From: an uncultured Anaerolineae bacterium
GTDB taxonomy: Bacteria > Chloroflexota > Anaerolineae > Aggregatilineales > Phototrophicaceae
Direction of reading: 5' to 3'
Length of the DNA stretch: 64,000 nucleotides
NCBI GenBank assembly: GCA_937995825.1
Contig: CALKJO010000016.1
Span: forward strand, 18,370-82,369
The position numbers and the translations under genes are program-made. Shown one piece after another: positions 1-9,981 of the stretch; position 1 is the first letter of the stretch, and each line of letters starts with the position of its first letter. Under the pieces are notes generated by a model. The model did no database searches, was not told the DNA's origin, and saw nothing but the letters and a program-made list of their open reading frames with translations.

Positions 1-1766
1 CGTCGGACGGCGGACGACACGGCGCGCACGGCTTCATCCTGCCCAATCACACGCTCATGCAGCCGGCTTTCCATGCGCAGCAGCTTCTCGATCTCGCCCT
101 CCATCAGCCGCGACACTGGGATGCCCGTCCAGCGCGAGACGACTTCGGCGATGGTGTCGGCGTCCACTTCTTCGCGCAGCATTGACATCCCATCGCGGCG
201 CATCGCGGCAAGCACCGCCTCGCGCTCCGCCAGCGTCCGTTCCAGTTCTGGCAGCGTGCCGTAGCGCAGTCGGGCAGCGCCTTCCAGATCGGCGCGCCGC
301 TCCGCCTGTTCGAGCAGGACTTTTGCCTCGTCCAGCTTTGCCTTGATCTCGCGGATGCTCTCAATCGCGCCGCGCTCGGTCTGCCAGCGGGCGGACAGCG
401 CCGTCAGTTCCTCGCGAGCATTGGCGATCTCGCCTTCGAGCGCCTCCAGCCGCTGACGGGACGCCGCATCGCGCTCTTTCTTGAGCGCCTCGCGCTCGAT
501 CTCCATCTGCATGATCTGGCGCTCGACTCGATCCAGCGCGCTCGGCTTGCTGTCGATCTCCATTTTCAGCCGCGCCGCCGCTTCATCGATCAGGTCGATG
601 GCTTTGTCGGGGAGCTGGCGGTCAGGGATGTAGCGCGCGCTCAGCTCAGCCGCCGCGATCACCGCGCTGTCCTGAATGCGGACGCCGTGATGGACTTCAT
701 AGCGTTCCTTCAGCCCACGCAGGATCGAAATCGTGTCCTCGACCGACGGCTCATCGACGAACACGGGTTGGAAGCGCCGTTCGAGCGCGGCGTCTTTCTC
801 GATGTATTTGCGATATTCGTCAAGCGTGGTCGCGCCGATGGTGCGCAGTTCGCCGCGCGCCAGCATCGGCTTGAGCATGTTGCTGGCATCGACCGCGCCT
901 TCTGCCGCGCCCGCGCCGACAATCGTGTGCAGCTCATCTAAAAAGAGGATGATCCGACCTTGACTATCCGCCACTTCCTTGAGGACGGCTTTCAGGCGTT
1001 CCTCAAATTCACCTCGGAACTTCGCGCCCGCCAGCAGGCTGCCCATGTCGAGCGCGATGATCTGCTTGTCGCGCAGGCTTTCGGGGACATCGCCGTTGAC
1101 GATGCGCTGCGCCAAGCCTTCGACGATGGCGGTCTTGCCAACGCCGGCTTCCCCGATCAGCACAGGGTTATTCTTGGTGCGGCGGCTGATCACCTGAATG
1201 ACACGGCGGACTTCATCCTCGCGCCCGATCACCGGGTCGAGCGCGCCGCGCCGCGCCAGCGCCGTCAGGTCGCGCCCATACTTTTCCAGGCTCTTATAGG
1301 TCGATTCAGGATCTTGCGAGGTGATCCGCTGACCGCCGCGAATGCCCGTCAGCGCCTGAAGGATCGAATCCCGCGTGACGCCGGAGCGATTCAGAATCCC
1401 GCCGACGGCTTTATCCTCCGACAGCGCCAGCAGGATATGCTCGGTGCTGGTGTAATCGTCGTGCATCTTGGCGGCTTCGGATTCGGCGCGGGTGAGCGCC
1501 TCTACAGCGGCGCGGTTCAGCCCAACTTTAGCGTTCGAGCCGGTCACGCGCGGGCGATCCTTGAGCTGACGCTCCAGATCAGCCAGAATCACTGCCGGAC
1601 GCCCACCGATCTTAGCGATCACCTCCGGGACGACGCCCTCGCGCTGCCCGATCAGCGCGATCAGCAGGTGGAGCGTGTCGATGTCGGTGTGTCCATACTC
1701 TTCCGCCAGCGCCTTCGCCTTGAAGATCGCTTCCTGCGCCCGCGTGGTGTATTTGTTCAAGTCCAT
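1..1766 (-). CDS. clpB: ATP-dependent chaperone ClpB (5' portion; runs off the window start)
   Basis: Hand translation from ATG at 1766 gives [13 protein letters not shown]..., [13 protein letters not shown], Walker [15 protein letters not shown], the coiled-coil middle domain ([10 protein letters not shown]...[10 protein letters not shown]) and RVIGQDEAV. Missing from the ORF track because it is truncated. Confidence 0.97.
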   Translation of the reverse strand, partial: MDLNKYTTRAQEAIFKAKALAEEYGHTDIDTLHLLIALIGQREGVVPEVIAKIGGRPAVILADLERQLKDRPRVTGSNAKVGLNRAAVEALTRAESEAAKMHDDYTSTEHILLALSEDKAVGGILNRSGVTRDSILQALTGIRGGQRITSQDPESTYKSLEKYGRDLTALARRGALDPVIGREDEVRRVIQVISRRTKNNPVLIGEAGVGKTAIVEGLAQRIVNGDVPESLRDKQIIALDMGSLLAGAKFRGEFEERLKAVLKEVADSQGRIILFLDELHTIVGAGAAEGAVDASNMLKPMLARGELRTIGATTLDEYRKYIEKDAALERRFQPVFVDEPSVEDTISILRGLKERYEVHHGVRIQDSAVIAAAELSARYIPDRQLPDKAIDLIDEAAARLKMEIDSKPSALDRVERQIMQMEIEREALKKERDAASRQRLEALEGEIANAREELTALSARWQTERGAIESIREIKAKLDEAKVLLEQAERRADLEGAARLRYGTLPELERTLAEREAVLAAMRRDGMSMLREEVDADTIAEVVSRWTGIPVSRLMEGEIEKLLRMESRLHERVIGQDEAVRAVSSAVR

Positions 1767-1774
1767 GATAATAA

Positions 1775-1814
1775 ACCCCCATTCAAATCTGTTCCCAGTG
1801 TATTGAATGGGGGT
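1775..1814 (-). promoter_or_regulatory. Perfect 12-bp inverted repeat covering the clpB Shine-Dalgarno
   Basis: ACCCCCATTCAA (1775-1786) / TTGAATGGGGGT (1803-1814) with a 16-nt loop. On the minus strand the 3' arm ends in GGGGGT, 8 nt before the clpB ATG. Confidence 0.6.
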
Positions 1815-1859
1815 ATGAAAGATATTAGAGCTGCGTTGGAAAGACGCAGGCGCGCCGAC

Positions 1860-2576
1860 TTACTCCAGCGCGAAGGTGATCTGCACCGAGACGCTCACGC
1901 TGAGCTGCCCGCCGCTGATCGGCTGCGAATTCATGCTTTCCATCGCCGCCATCGCCATGCCGCCGCCCAAGTACTGCAGAACAGGGCGGCTGCCGCCGAC
2001 GATCTCGATGACGATCAGCGGACGACCAACCGTCACGCCGAGCGCTGCCGCCAACTGCTCAGCGCGTGCGCGGGCATCTGCCACCGCCGCCAGGCGCGCC
2101 TGGCGTTCGAGCGCGGCGCTGTCATCGATGCCGAAGCTCAGATTGTAGACCGTGTTCGCCCCCTGCGCGACCGCTGTCGTCACGACCGCTTCGATCTGCG
2201 TGATGTCGCGCACTGTCACCTGAATCACGTTGCTCACCTGGAACTGACGCTCGATGATCTGCCCATCACTCCCATAGCGATCCTGCGGGTAGACATTTAG
2301 CGAGGTCGTCTGAATATCCTCCGGCGCGATGCCCAGCGCCGTCAGCGCATCGAACACGGCGCGCATCGTGGTCGCGGTCGCGTTGAATGCCGCGCCGAGG
2401 TCGCGGTCGGTGCGCTCTGCGCCGACCTGAATGTAGGCGATGTCCGGTTCGCCCGAAGCCGAGCCGACTCCGCTGACGGTGATCGTATTGTTCAACCCGC
2501 CCTCCTGTGCATATGCCGTGCCGGCGGTCAGCGCGAACAGACCAAACACCGCCAGTATGATCAGAAACCGTTTCAT
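1860..2576 (-). CDS. SIMPL (DUF541) domain secreted protein
   Basis: Signal peptide MKRFLIILAVFGLFALTAGTAYA, then ITVSGVGSASGEPDIAYIQVG, ARLAAVADARARAEQLA and the terminal VSVSVQITF typical of SIMPL. Confidence 0.88.
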   Translation of the reverse strand: MKRFLIILAVFGLFALTAGTAYAQEGGLNNTITVSGVGSASGEPDIAYIQVGAERTDRDLGAAFNATATTMRAVFDALTALGIAPEDIQTTSLNVYPQDRYGSDGQIIERQFQVSNVIQVTVRDITQIEAVVTTAVAQGANTVYNLSFGIDDSAALERQARLAAVADARARAEQLAAALGVTVGRPLIVIEIVGGSRPVLQYLGGGMAMAAMESMNSQPISGGQLSVSVSVQITFALE

Positions 2577-2653
2577 GGTATATCCATCCTTCTGTACATG
2601 CCTGCCTGCAAGGTTACATGGAGTTAGACGACGCCGCGTCCGATCTGGTTCCA

Positions 2654-3010
2654 TCAGAACGGCAGATGGAATCTGCCTTCTTCATCCGGCTCGAACGGAT
2701 GGACAGCGATCACCGCGTCGAGATTGAGCGCGCCGTACAGATGCGGAAAATGCGGATCGGCGTCTAGTTCAGGGGGCGCGCCCTCGAACGGCGGCTCATA
2801 CTTCAAGGGCGCGGTCAGCTTCTCCGTATCGACTTCCAGCAGCAGCAAGCCCGGATGCCCCTTGTAGCGCGTATTGGCGACGAACAACACCTGTTGGCGG
2901 GTCGAAAAATGGATGAAGCCCTCAGCATCGAGGGTGTCCCCGCGATAGACACCCTCGGACTGGGTTTCTTCCCAGACCGCCGACGGGATGATATGGAAGA
3001 TCGATGCCAT
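2654..3010 (-). CDS. DUF952 domain protein
   Basis: IFHII...W, EGFIHFST..Q, LLLLEVD, FPHLYGALNLDAV. Confidence 0.88.
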   Translation of the reverse strand: MASIFHIIPSAVWEETQSEGVYRGDTLDAEGFIHFSTRQQVLFVANTRYKGHPGLLLLEVDTEKLTAPLKYEPPFEGAPPELDADPHFPHLYGALNLDAVIAVHPFEPDEEGRFHLPF

Positions 3011-3059
3011 GATCCGCCTATCTCCTAACCCAGGGATTGATGTGTAGACAGTGATGCTC

Positions 3060-3710
3060 TCATCCGAGAATGCCTTTCATCCACTGCCTGATAAGCGCGA
3101 TTTCATCCTGATTGACGGTGTGACCCATGCCGGGGTAAATCCGCTTCTCGACCAGAGCGCCGAGCGCTGTGAACACGTCGGCGCTCTGGCGAATGCGCTC
3201 GACCGGGACGTAAAAATCGACATCGCTGCATCCCAGAAAAACGGGCGTCCTCGCCATGTCGCCGGCATATTTGGGCAGTTGATCGCCGATCAAGCCGCCG
3301 CTCAGCCCGAACACCGCCCCATAGCGGCGCGGATGGCTGGCGGCGTAGTCCAGCGCCAGACATGCCCCCTGCGAGAAGCCCAGCAGCGCGATCTGCGCCA
3401 GCGGCAGGACGGCGGCGGCTTCGTTCAGCAGCGCGTCAATGCGCGCCAGTGCCGCTGATAGATACGGCTCGTTGGCGCTGCGCGGCTGCATAAAATGCTG
3501 CGGATACCACACGCTGGAGTCGGCGTGCGGTGCGATGATGGCGATTTTGCCTTCATTGACCCAATTCCCAACCGCCGCGCCGGCGAGGCTGAGCATATCT
3601 TCAGCGGGCGCGCCGCGTCCATGCACCATGATTAGCGCGGCGCTGGCTGATCGGATATCCCCAACACGCAGCGGCGCGTGCCGGGCGTGAATGGCGGGCG
3701 GCTGTGTCAT
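3060..3710 (-). CDS. Phospholipase/carboxylesterase family alpha/beta hydrolase
   Basis: MVHGRG, GFSQGA nucleophile elbow, GCSDVD, YPGMGH catalytic His. Confidence 0.9.
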   Translation of the reverse strand: MTQPPAIHARHAPLRVGDIRSASAALIMVHGRGAPAEDMLSLAGAAVGNWVNEGKIAIIAPHADSSVWYPQHFMQPRSANEPYLSAALARIDALLNEAAAVLPLAQIALLGFSQGACLALDYAASHPRRYGAVFGLSGGLIGDQLPKYAGDMARTPVFLGCSDVDFYVPVERIRQSADVFTALGALVEKRIYPGMGHTVNQDEIALIRQWMKGILG

Positions 3711-3712
3711 GT

Positions 3713-4999
3713 TCAGTCTCCTACGCCCGCAGCCGGTTCCGCGATGATGTCCGCCGGAACCGCTGGCAGATTGACCCAATTGCGCAGCGGCGTGCGCAGC
3801 AGCATCACCGCCCCGCCCGCGATCAAGCCGACCGCATTGAGCATGATCGCGTTCTGCAAGCCGATCTGCGTCGCCATCAAGCCCACCCAGAGCGCCGCAA
3901 TCGGCTGCAAGCCGAAGCTGACCATGTTGAACAGGCTCATCACGCGGGCGCGCATCTCCGGCGGGGCATTGAACTGGAGCAGCCCCATCGTCGTGGTGAT
4001 CACGGTCGGCATAGCTAAGCCAGCGATGAACAAGCCGAGCATCGACAGCGGCAGAATCGTACTGCTGCCCAGCACCAGAAAGCCGATGCCCGCTCCTGAC
4101 AGCGCCAGGCTGAGGATGACGCCGGTGCGGCGGTGCGCCTGCGCCAGCGGCGCAAAGATCATCACGCCGACCAGCGCGCCCGCGCCGGATGCCGACATCA
4201 GCGCGCCGAGCGTGTCCGCTCCGCCGCGCAGAATCGAGTCGGCAACAGCGGGCAGCATACTCATGACGATGGCGATGCCGAAAAAGGTTGCCAGTGCCGC
4301 AAACAGGATCAGATCGCGCTGACGCGGCTGGCTCATGATGAATGTCCAGGCATGGCGAAAGCCGCTGAGGGCGCTTTCCAACTCACCGTGCGCCTGCGCA
4401 TAGCGGGCGCGGATGATCAGCAGGCTGTAGATCACTGCTAAAAACGCGATGCTGTTCAGCAGAAAGGCGATGCCCGCGCCGAATGCGCTGACGACCAAGC
4501 CCGCCAGCGCGGGTCCGATCATGCGGCTGACTTGGATCATCGTCACATTCAGATTGAGCGCGGGGCGCATTTCGTTGCGTCCAGCGAGATCGCCCATGAA
4601 TGCTTGCAGCGCCGGCAGATCGATGGCGGCGAACATCCCGGTGACCAGGCTGAGCGCGTAAATCTGCCAGATTTGCACCGTCTCGCTCAACACCAGCGCC
4701 GCCAGGGCAAAGGCGGTCAGCATCATGCCAATTTGAGTGAAGATCATCAGCTTGCGGCGGTCAAAGCGATCCGCCCACGCGCCCGCCCAGGGCGCGATCA
4801 GCAGCAGCGGCAGCGATGACAGCATGGTGACCACGCCGAGATCGAACTCGGAGCCGGTCAGCGACCAGACCACCCAGCCGAGCGCCGTCTGCTGCAGCCA
4901 CGTGCCGATCAGCGACACCCCTTTTCCGCTCAGATAAATGCGAAAACTGCGATGGCGCAGCACTGAAAAATTCTCCGTCAGCGTTTGCAGCGCCGTCAT
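3713..4999 (-). CDS. MFS transporter
   Basis: About 12 hydrophobic segments and motif A GAWADRFDRRK; GAGGT SD before ATG 4999. Confidence 0.9.
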   Translation of the reverse strand: MTALQTLTENFSVLRHRSFRIYLSGKGVSLIGTWLQQTALGWVVWSLTGSEFDLGVVTMLSSLPLLLIAPWAGAWADRFDRRKLMIFTQIGMMLTAFALAALVLSETVQIWQIYALSLVTGMFAAIDLPALQAFMGDLAGRNEMRPALNLNVTMIQVSRMIGPALAGLVVSAFGAGIAFLLNSIAFLAVIYSLLIIRARYAQAHGELESALSGFRHAWTFIMSQPRQRDLILFAALATFFGIAIVMSMLPAVADSILRGGADTLGALMSASGAGALVGVMIFAPLAQAHRRTGVILSLALSGAGIGFLVLGSSTILPLSMLGLFIAGLAMPTVITTTMGLLQFNAPPEMRARVMSLFNMVSFGLQPIAALWVGLMATQIGLQNAIMLNAVGLIAGGAVMLLRTPLRNWVNLPAVPADIIAEPAAGVGD

Positions 5000-5078
5000 G
5001 CGCACCTCGTTGAGTGTGTTCTCACTATGATCCTTCACCATTGTTGCACACTACCAGACGCGCCATCCAAAATTGGAC

Positions 5079-6215
5079 TTACGTCCGTTTCAGCCCATTG
5101 ACCCACTGTTCCAGTGTTGAGGGAGGAAAAACGGGCGGCGGCAGCTGAATTGGTTCGCGCATCAGCCGTTCCATCGAGTCGCGCCAGTCCGCGCCATCGC
5201 GTCCGACCGGGATCAGACCGGGGAGGGGATCGACGGCATGCGTCAGGTAATCCGAGGCGATCACGGGGATTCCTGCCAGCGCCATTTCGGGCAGCCGAGT
5301 TGCGCTGCCGAAGCCGCGCCATTTGGGCAGCAGCATGGCGTGAGCGCGGATGAGCAGTTCATTCAGGTCGGACTCGGTCAGCCAGCCGACCGCCTCGACG
5401 CCGGGCAGCGCGCGCCCTTCGAGCAGCGTTTCCGTCCCCGCGCCCGCCGCGATCACACGGACGCCCTGCGGCAGCCCGACCTGCGCGATCTGATCGAGCA
5501 GCCAGCGCATCCCGTCGCGGATCGGCTTGTGCGCCGCTGTGCCAAGCAGAACGAACAAGCCCCGTTCCGGCTGACGGCGGGCGCGGACGCTCTCATAAAA
5601 CGTGCGAATTGCGCCCACCGGGACGTACGGATAAAAGAAGGATGGGCTGCCCATACCGCTGACGAACGCAGCTTCCACCTTCGAGATCATAAAGCGCGCG
5701 TCATACTGGCGCAGCGCGTCGATCTCGGTGGCGAGGTCGCCGAGATGGAGCTGAAGCTGGCGCTTGCGGTCGATGACGAAATTGTCGTCCAGCGCGTCGA
5801 AATTCTGTGGGCAGACCAGCGTCGGGATGCCGCGCTGCTGCTGAAAGGGCAGCGACCAGAGGCACGCGCTGTGCTGCGCCACCACTAGATCGGGCTGACA
5901 TGCATCGAAGGCGGCGCGATATTTCGTAACCAGCTCAGGATGATCGAACTTAGTCATGCTGAACTGGGTTTCGCCGAAGATGCGATAGGGATTTTCGCGC
6001 ACGATGACGCGCAGACGCCGCAGCGCATACGCAATCCGCCACGGGACGCGCACGCCGCGCCGTGCGCCGCCTTTCGGCACGCGCGGATCGAAGACCGACA
6101 CCTTGTCTGCGCCAACTGCGGACTGTAAATCGTGGAGAACCTGATATGACCGATTTTCGCCGCCGTTGCGCAGGGGATTGGGCGGAAGATGCGTGATCAG
6201 CAGGACTTTTGGCAT
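5079..6215 (-). CDS. Glycosyltransferase (GT-B, GT4-like)
   Basis: KVLLITHLPP..NGG N-terminus; C-terminal RLPEMALAGIPVIASD. Confidence 0.7.
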   Translation of the reverse strand: MPKVLLITHLPPNPLRNGGENRSYQVLHDLQSAVGADKVSVFDPRVPKGGARRGVRVPWRIAYALRRLRVIVRENPYRIFGETQFSMTKFDHPELVTKYRAAFDACQPDLVVAQHSACLWSLPFQQQRGIPTLVCPQNFDALDDNFVIDRKRQLQLHLGDLATEIDALRQYDARFMISKVEAAFVSGMGSPSFFYPYVPVGAIRTFYESVRARRQPERGLFVLLGTAAHKPIRDGMRWLLDQIAQVGLPQGVRVIAAGAGTETLLEGRALPGVEAVGWLTESDLNELLIRAHAMLLPKWRGFGSATRLPEMALAGIPVIASDYLTHAVDPLPGLIPVGRDGADWRDSMERLMREPIQLPPPVFPPSTLEQWVNGLKRT

Positions 6216-6323
6216 AGGTTTTTCCTTCGGCTGCGCTGATTGTACCGCCACTCAGCAAAGATTTATGCGGCGAATGGTCAGCCTGTACGATAATGGTAGA
6301 AGTTCTCGAGGACGAAAAAACGC

Positions 6324-7274
6324 ATGATCGAATCGCGTGAGTTGAGCAAATTCTACGATAACTTCCTGGCGGTGGACGGCGTGACGCTGGATGTGCCGTC
6401 GGGAACGGTGCTGGCGCTGCTGGGACCCAATGGGGCGGGCAAGACGACCACCGTGCGGATGCTCACGAGCATCCTTGCGCCATCGTCGGGATCGGCAAAG
6501 GTGGCGGGCTTTGATGTCGTCCGGCAGCCGGCACAGGTGCGGGCGCATGTCGGCGTGCTGACCGAGCAGCACGGCTTGTATGAACGGATGAAGGCGGTCG
6601 AGTATCTCGACTTCTTCGGGCGCATGTATCGCCTCAGCGCGCCAGAACGACGCAAACGCTCGCTGGACTTGATGGAGCGCTTCGGGCTGACCTTCGCGCT
6701 GGACAAGCAGCTGGGCGAATATTCCAAAGGCATGAAACAGAAGCTGGCGCTGGTGCGGGCGATGCTTCACAACCCGCCGGTGCTGCTGCTCGACGAACCG
6801 ACTTCCGCCATGGATCCGCAGAGCGCCAAACAGGTGCGCGATGCCATCATCGAGCTTCAGCGTGACCAGCGCACATTTCTGCTGACCACGCACAATCTGA
6901 CCGAGGCGCAGCAGCTTGCCGACCGCATCGCCATCATCCGGCATGGACGCATCATCGCCAACGGCACATTTGATGAGCTGGCGGCGCGCTTTGTGGGCGA
7001 TCCGATCATGGAGCTGAAAGTCAGCGGTGAACTGAACGGGCTGGTCAAAGACCTATCGGAGATGGTTCAAGTCGAGGACAGCGGGCGCGACTGGGTGCGC
7101 TTCCGCGTCAGCGATCCGAACGTGACCAATCCGGCAGTCCTGCGGCGGCTGCATGGACTCGGCATCGACGTGGTGACGCTCTCGCGGCTGTCGCAGACGC
7201 TGGAGGACATTTACCTGCAAGTGGTGAAAGAGGACGAGAGCCAGGAGGGGCGAGTCGGTGAGCATCTCCGCTAA
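6324..7274 (+). CDS. ABC transporter ATP-binding protein
   Basis: GPNGAGKT, YSKGMKQK, LLLDEPT, TTH switch. Confidence 0.95.
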   Translation: MIESRELSKFYDNFLAVDGVTLDVPSGTVLALLGPNGAGKTTTVRMLTSILAPSSGSAKVAGFDVVRQPAQVRAHVGVLTEQHGLYERMKAVEYLDFFGRMYRLSAPERRKRSLDLMERFGLTFALDKQLGEYSKGMKQKLALVRAMLHNPPVLLLDEPTSAMDPQSAKQVRDAIIELQRDQRTFLLTTHNLTEAQQLADRIAIIRHGRIIANGTFDELAARFVGDPIMELKVSGELNGLVKDLSEMVQVEDSGRDWVRFRVSDPNVTNPAVLRRLHGLGIDVVTLSRLSQTLEDIYLQVVKEDESQEGRVGEHLR

Positions 7275-8787
7275 ACTTGAGACCGGCGCGGGCGTCGCCC
7301 CGGCGCTGTATGAACGGCGCACGATCAGCGAGACGCTGTCCAACGCGCTGATCGTGACGCGGCGCGAAGTCCGCGACAGCTTCCGCGACTGGCGCATCAT
7401 CGCGCCGATTGTCATCCTAACCTTCATGTTTCCGGCGCTGGCGCAGTTCGTGGCGTCGCAGTTTGCTGGCTTTGTCGAGGATTTCGGCGCGCAGATCATC
7501 GGCGAGCGGACGATCCCGTTTTTGCTCATGATCGTCGGCTTTTTCCCGATCTCGATCTCGCTGGTGATCGCACTGGAGACGTTCGTCGGCGAAAAAGAAC
7601 GACGCAGCCTGGAGCCGCTGCTCAGCACGCCGCTGACCAACACCGAGCTGTATATCGGCAAAACGCTGGCGGCGATGATCCCGCCGCTGGTCAGCAGCTA
7701 CGGCGGCATGGCGGTCTACCTACTCAGTCTGCTCGGCGGTGAGCTTCAGTGGCGTCCGGCGGCGCTGCTGGTCGTGCAGATCATCCTGCTGACGACCGTC
7801 CAGGCGCTGGTGATGGTGACGGGCGCGGTCGTCATCAGCAGCCTGACCACCAGCACGCGGGCGGCGAACCTGCTGGCGAGCTTCATCATCATCCCGATGA
7901 CGCTGATCATCCAGGGCGAGAGCGCGATCATGTTTCTCGCACCGGACGCCGACTCGCCCAATGGCATCGGCGCGCTCTGGGCGATCGTCGTCGGAATGCT
8001 GGTGGTCGTCATGCTGCTTCTGCGAGTCGGCAGCAGCACTTTCAACCGTGAGGAGCTGCTCGGTCGCAATCTCGACGCGCTCAAGCCGCGCGCCATCCTG
8101 CGGCGGCTCTGGGGCGGCATCATCGGCGTCGACGGCAAAGGGACGCTGCCGACCAGCCCCATCGACTGGTATCGGCGCGGCGTCGGCGGCGCGCTCGGAC
8201 GAATGCGGCTGTCGACGCGGGTCACGGTCGGCTGGTTCATCGCGGCGGCGCTGGCGGGCGTGATCGTCGGGCTGCTCCCCCAATGGCAGTTGAATCTGCC
8301 GAGGGACATCAATCTGCGCGATGCCAGCGGCGGGATCGAGCTGTTCACCGGCGCGCTCTTCGGCGGCAATCCAAGCTTGGGCATCGCGTGGCAGAACGGG
8401 CGGATTCTGTTAGGGGCGATCCTGCTGGGGATGTTCTCTTTCGGAGTTGGCGCGCTCATCCTGACGCCCCTGACGTATGTCGTGCTGGGCTATGCAGCGG
8501 TGCAGCTCATTGCAGCGGGCTACACGCCGATGCTGATCGTCGGCGCGCTCTTTCCGCACGGGCTGATCGAAATTCCGGTGATCGTGATCGCGACAGCGGC
8601 GGGGCTGCATCTGGGCGCAGTCGTCACCCGTGTGCCGGAAAACAGCACTGTCGGCGCGGCGTGGACGCAGGCATTCACCGACGTGATCAAACTGATCATC
8701 GGCGTGATCATCCCCGGTCTGCTGATCGCGGCGGTTCTGGAGGTGTATGTCACGCCGCTGGTCGTGCGGGCGGTGATCGGCGCTTAA
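7258..8787 (+). CDS. ABC-2 type permease fused to a SpoIIM-like membrane domain
   Basis: N-half has FVGEKERRSLEPLLSTP..ELYIGK (ABC-2 permease). C-half has IAWQNGRILL...LFPHGLIEIP...AAVLEVYVTP (SpoIIM family PHG..E motif). Confidence 0.8.
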   Translation: MSISAKLETGAGVAPALYERRTISETLSNALIVTRREVRDSFRDWRIIAPIVILTFMFPALAQFVASQFAGFVEDFGAQIIGERTIPFLLMIVGFFPISISLVIALETFVGEKERRSLEPLLSTPLTNTELYIGKTLAAMIPPLVSSYGGMAVYLLSLLGGELQWRPAALLVVQIILLTTVQALVMVTGAVVISSLTTSTRAANLLASFIIIPMTLIIQGESAIMFLAPDADSPNGIGALWAIVVGMLVVVMLLLRVGSSTFNREELLGRNLDALKPRAILRRLWGGIIGVDGKGTLPTSPIDWYRRGVGGALGRMRLSTRVTVGWFIAAALAGVIVGLLPQWQLNLPRDINLRDASGGIELFTGALFGGNPSLGIAWQNGRILLGAILLGMFSFGVGALILTPLTYVVLGYAAVQLIAAGYTPMLIVGALFPHGLIEIPVIVIATAAGLHLGAVVTRVPENSTVGAAWTQAFTDVIKLIIGVIIPGLLIAAVLEVYVTPLVVRAVIGA

Positions 8788-8806
8788 TCGCGGCGTCGAT
8801 GTTCGC

Positions 8807-9835
8807 TCACTGCCAGCCCAGGGGGAGCAGCGCGATGCCGAGATCGAGTCGCCGCACCGCGCCGCTCTGCGTGTCGGACACAAAAAGCGCGGTTCCGCCG
8901 GCGCTGCTGTCGCTGAAAGCGATGCGCGTCCCATCCGGCGACCAGATCGGCGGCGAAAACAGAACGCCCTCCGCGTCGATCAGCAGGCGGTTGCCCGTGT
9001 CCGGTTCGAGAATCACCATGTTCATAAAGCGGCTGAAGCTGCCCCATTCGACGGCGGCGATCCGCTCTGCGTCCGGTGACCAGCGGTAGCCGACGTAGCT
9101 GTGGCTGGCTTCGGTGATGCGCCGAGGGACGATCGCATCCCGTTCCAGCAAGTACAGCGGTGCGCCTTCCACCGCCCCGCGCTCCGACGCGAACAGAATT
9201 CGTGACCCATCCGGCGACCAGACGGCGGTATAGTCGCGTCCATGCCCGGCGGCGATCTCGCGTTTTTCCCCGCCTGCCAGATCGACATAGTAGATCATGT
9301 TGTCCCAGGCGGTCAGCGTGACAAACAGCAGCCCGCTGCTGTCTGGCGACCATTCGAGCGCGCCGATGGGAAATTCAGCCCCGATGCGGCGCGGCGTGCC
9401 GCCCTGCGCCGGCACAAGCAGCACGTCGGCGCGTCCCTCCAGCCACGATGTATACGCGATCCACGCGCCATCTGGCGACCAGCGCGGCATGGCGATGCGC
9501 GTCGGCGGCACGTTGAACGTGAGCTGTTGGACAGCGCCGGAAAGGAAATCCAGGGCGTAAATGTCGGATGAGCCGCCGCTGATCGAGATGAACGCAGCGC
9601 GGCGCTTGTCCGGCGAGAGCGTGATCTCACGGCTGTCAATCGACATCGGCATGGTGACGAGCCGACCGCGCAGCGCGTCGAGCAGGGCAACCCCCCGTCC
9701 CCGCCCCAATTGGATCGGCTGGACGACCAGAATATCTGTGGGCATGGCAGCGCCAATCGAGACCGCCGCCGCTGTCACGGTGAGGGTGAGCGCTGAAAAC
9801 AGCACGAAAAAGCCAACAAAAAATCGAAGCGCCAT
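8807..9835 (-). CDS. TolB-like / PD40 beta-propeller protein
   Basis: Signal or TM segment, then repeated (W/L)SPDG(xx)I(A/L)F motifs. Confidence 0.85.
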   Translation of the reverse strand: MALRFFVGFFVLFSALTLTVTAAAVSIGAAMPTDILVVQPIQLGRGRGVALLDALRGRLVTMPMSIDSREITLSPDKRRAAFISISGGSSDIYALDFLSGAVQQLTFNVPPTRIAMPRWSPDGAWIAYTSWLEGRADVLLVPAQGGTPRRIGAEFPIGALEWSPDSSGLLFVTLTAWDNMIYYVDLAGGEKREIAAGHGRDYTAVWSPDGSRILFASERGAVEGAPLYLLERDAIVPRRITEASHSYVGYRWSPDAERIAAVEWGSFSRFMNMVILEPDTGNRLLIDAEGVLFSPPIWSPDGTRIAFSDSSAGGTALFVSDTQSGAVRRLDLGIALLPLGWQ

Positions 9836-9838
9836 GCC

Positions 9839-9867
9839 TTGCCACCTTAGAACAATCGTGCTATCAT
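9839..9867 (+). promoter_or_regulatory. sigma70-type promoter of recA
   Basis: TTGCCA (9839-9844) - 17 nt - TATCAT (9862-9867), with a TG extended -10. Confidence 0.6.
9849..9862 (+). promoter_or_regulatory. LexA (SOS) box candidate
   Basis: AGAAC-AATC-GTGCT, one mismatch from the AGAAC-N4-GTTCT box used by Chloroflexi, Firmicutes and Actinobacteria. It lies in the spacer of the recA promoter. Confidence 0.6.
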
Positions 9868-9981
9868 TATTTGTATGATCCTATTGTAGCCAACATTGGC
9901 GCCGACGGGTGCAGAATCGTCCAACTGCCACAAAAACTCACTATAATCAGAGACAAGACGCCAGAAAAAGGAAAAACGACT

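Noticed and set aside
1776-1808. CCCCAT and TTGAA resembling sigma32 -10 and -35 elements upstream of clpB
   Set aside because: On the clpB strand CCCCAT comes before TTGAA, the wrong order for a sigma32 promoter.
960-2300. 446-aa plus-strand ORF, and many similar long antisense ORFs (for example 16976-19234, 11282-12532, 34815-35783)
   Set aside because: They are shadow frames of clear genes on the opposite strand (clpB, ABC exporter, kinase), as expected at high GC, and carry no family motifs.
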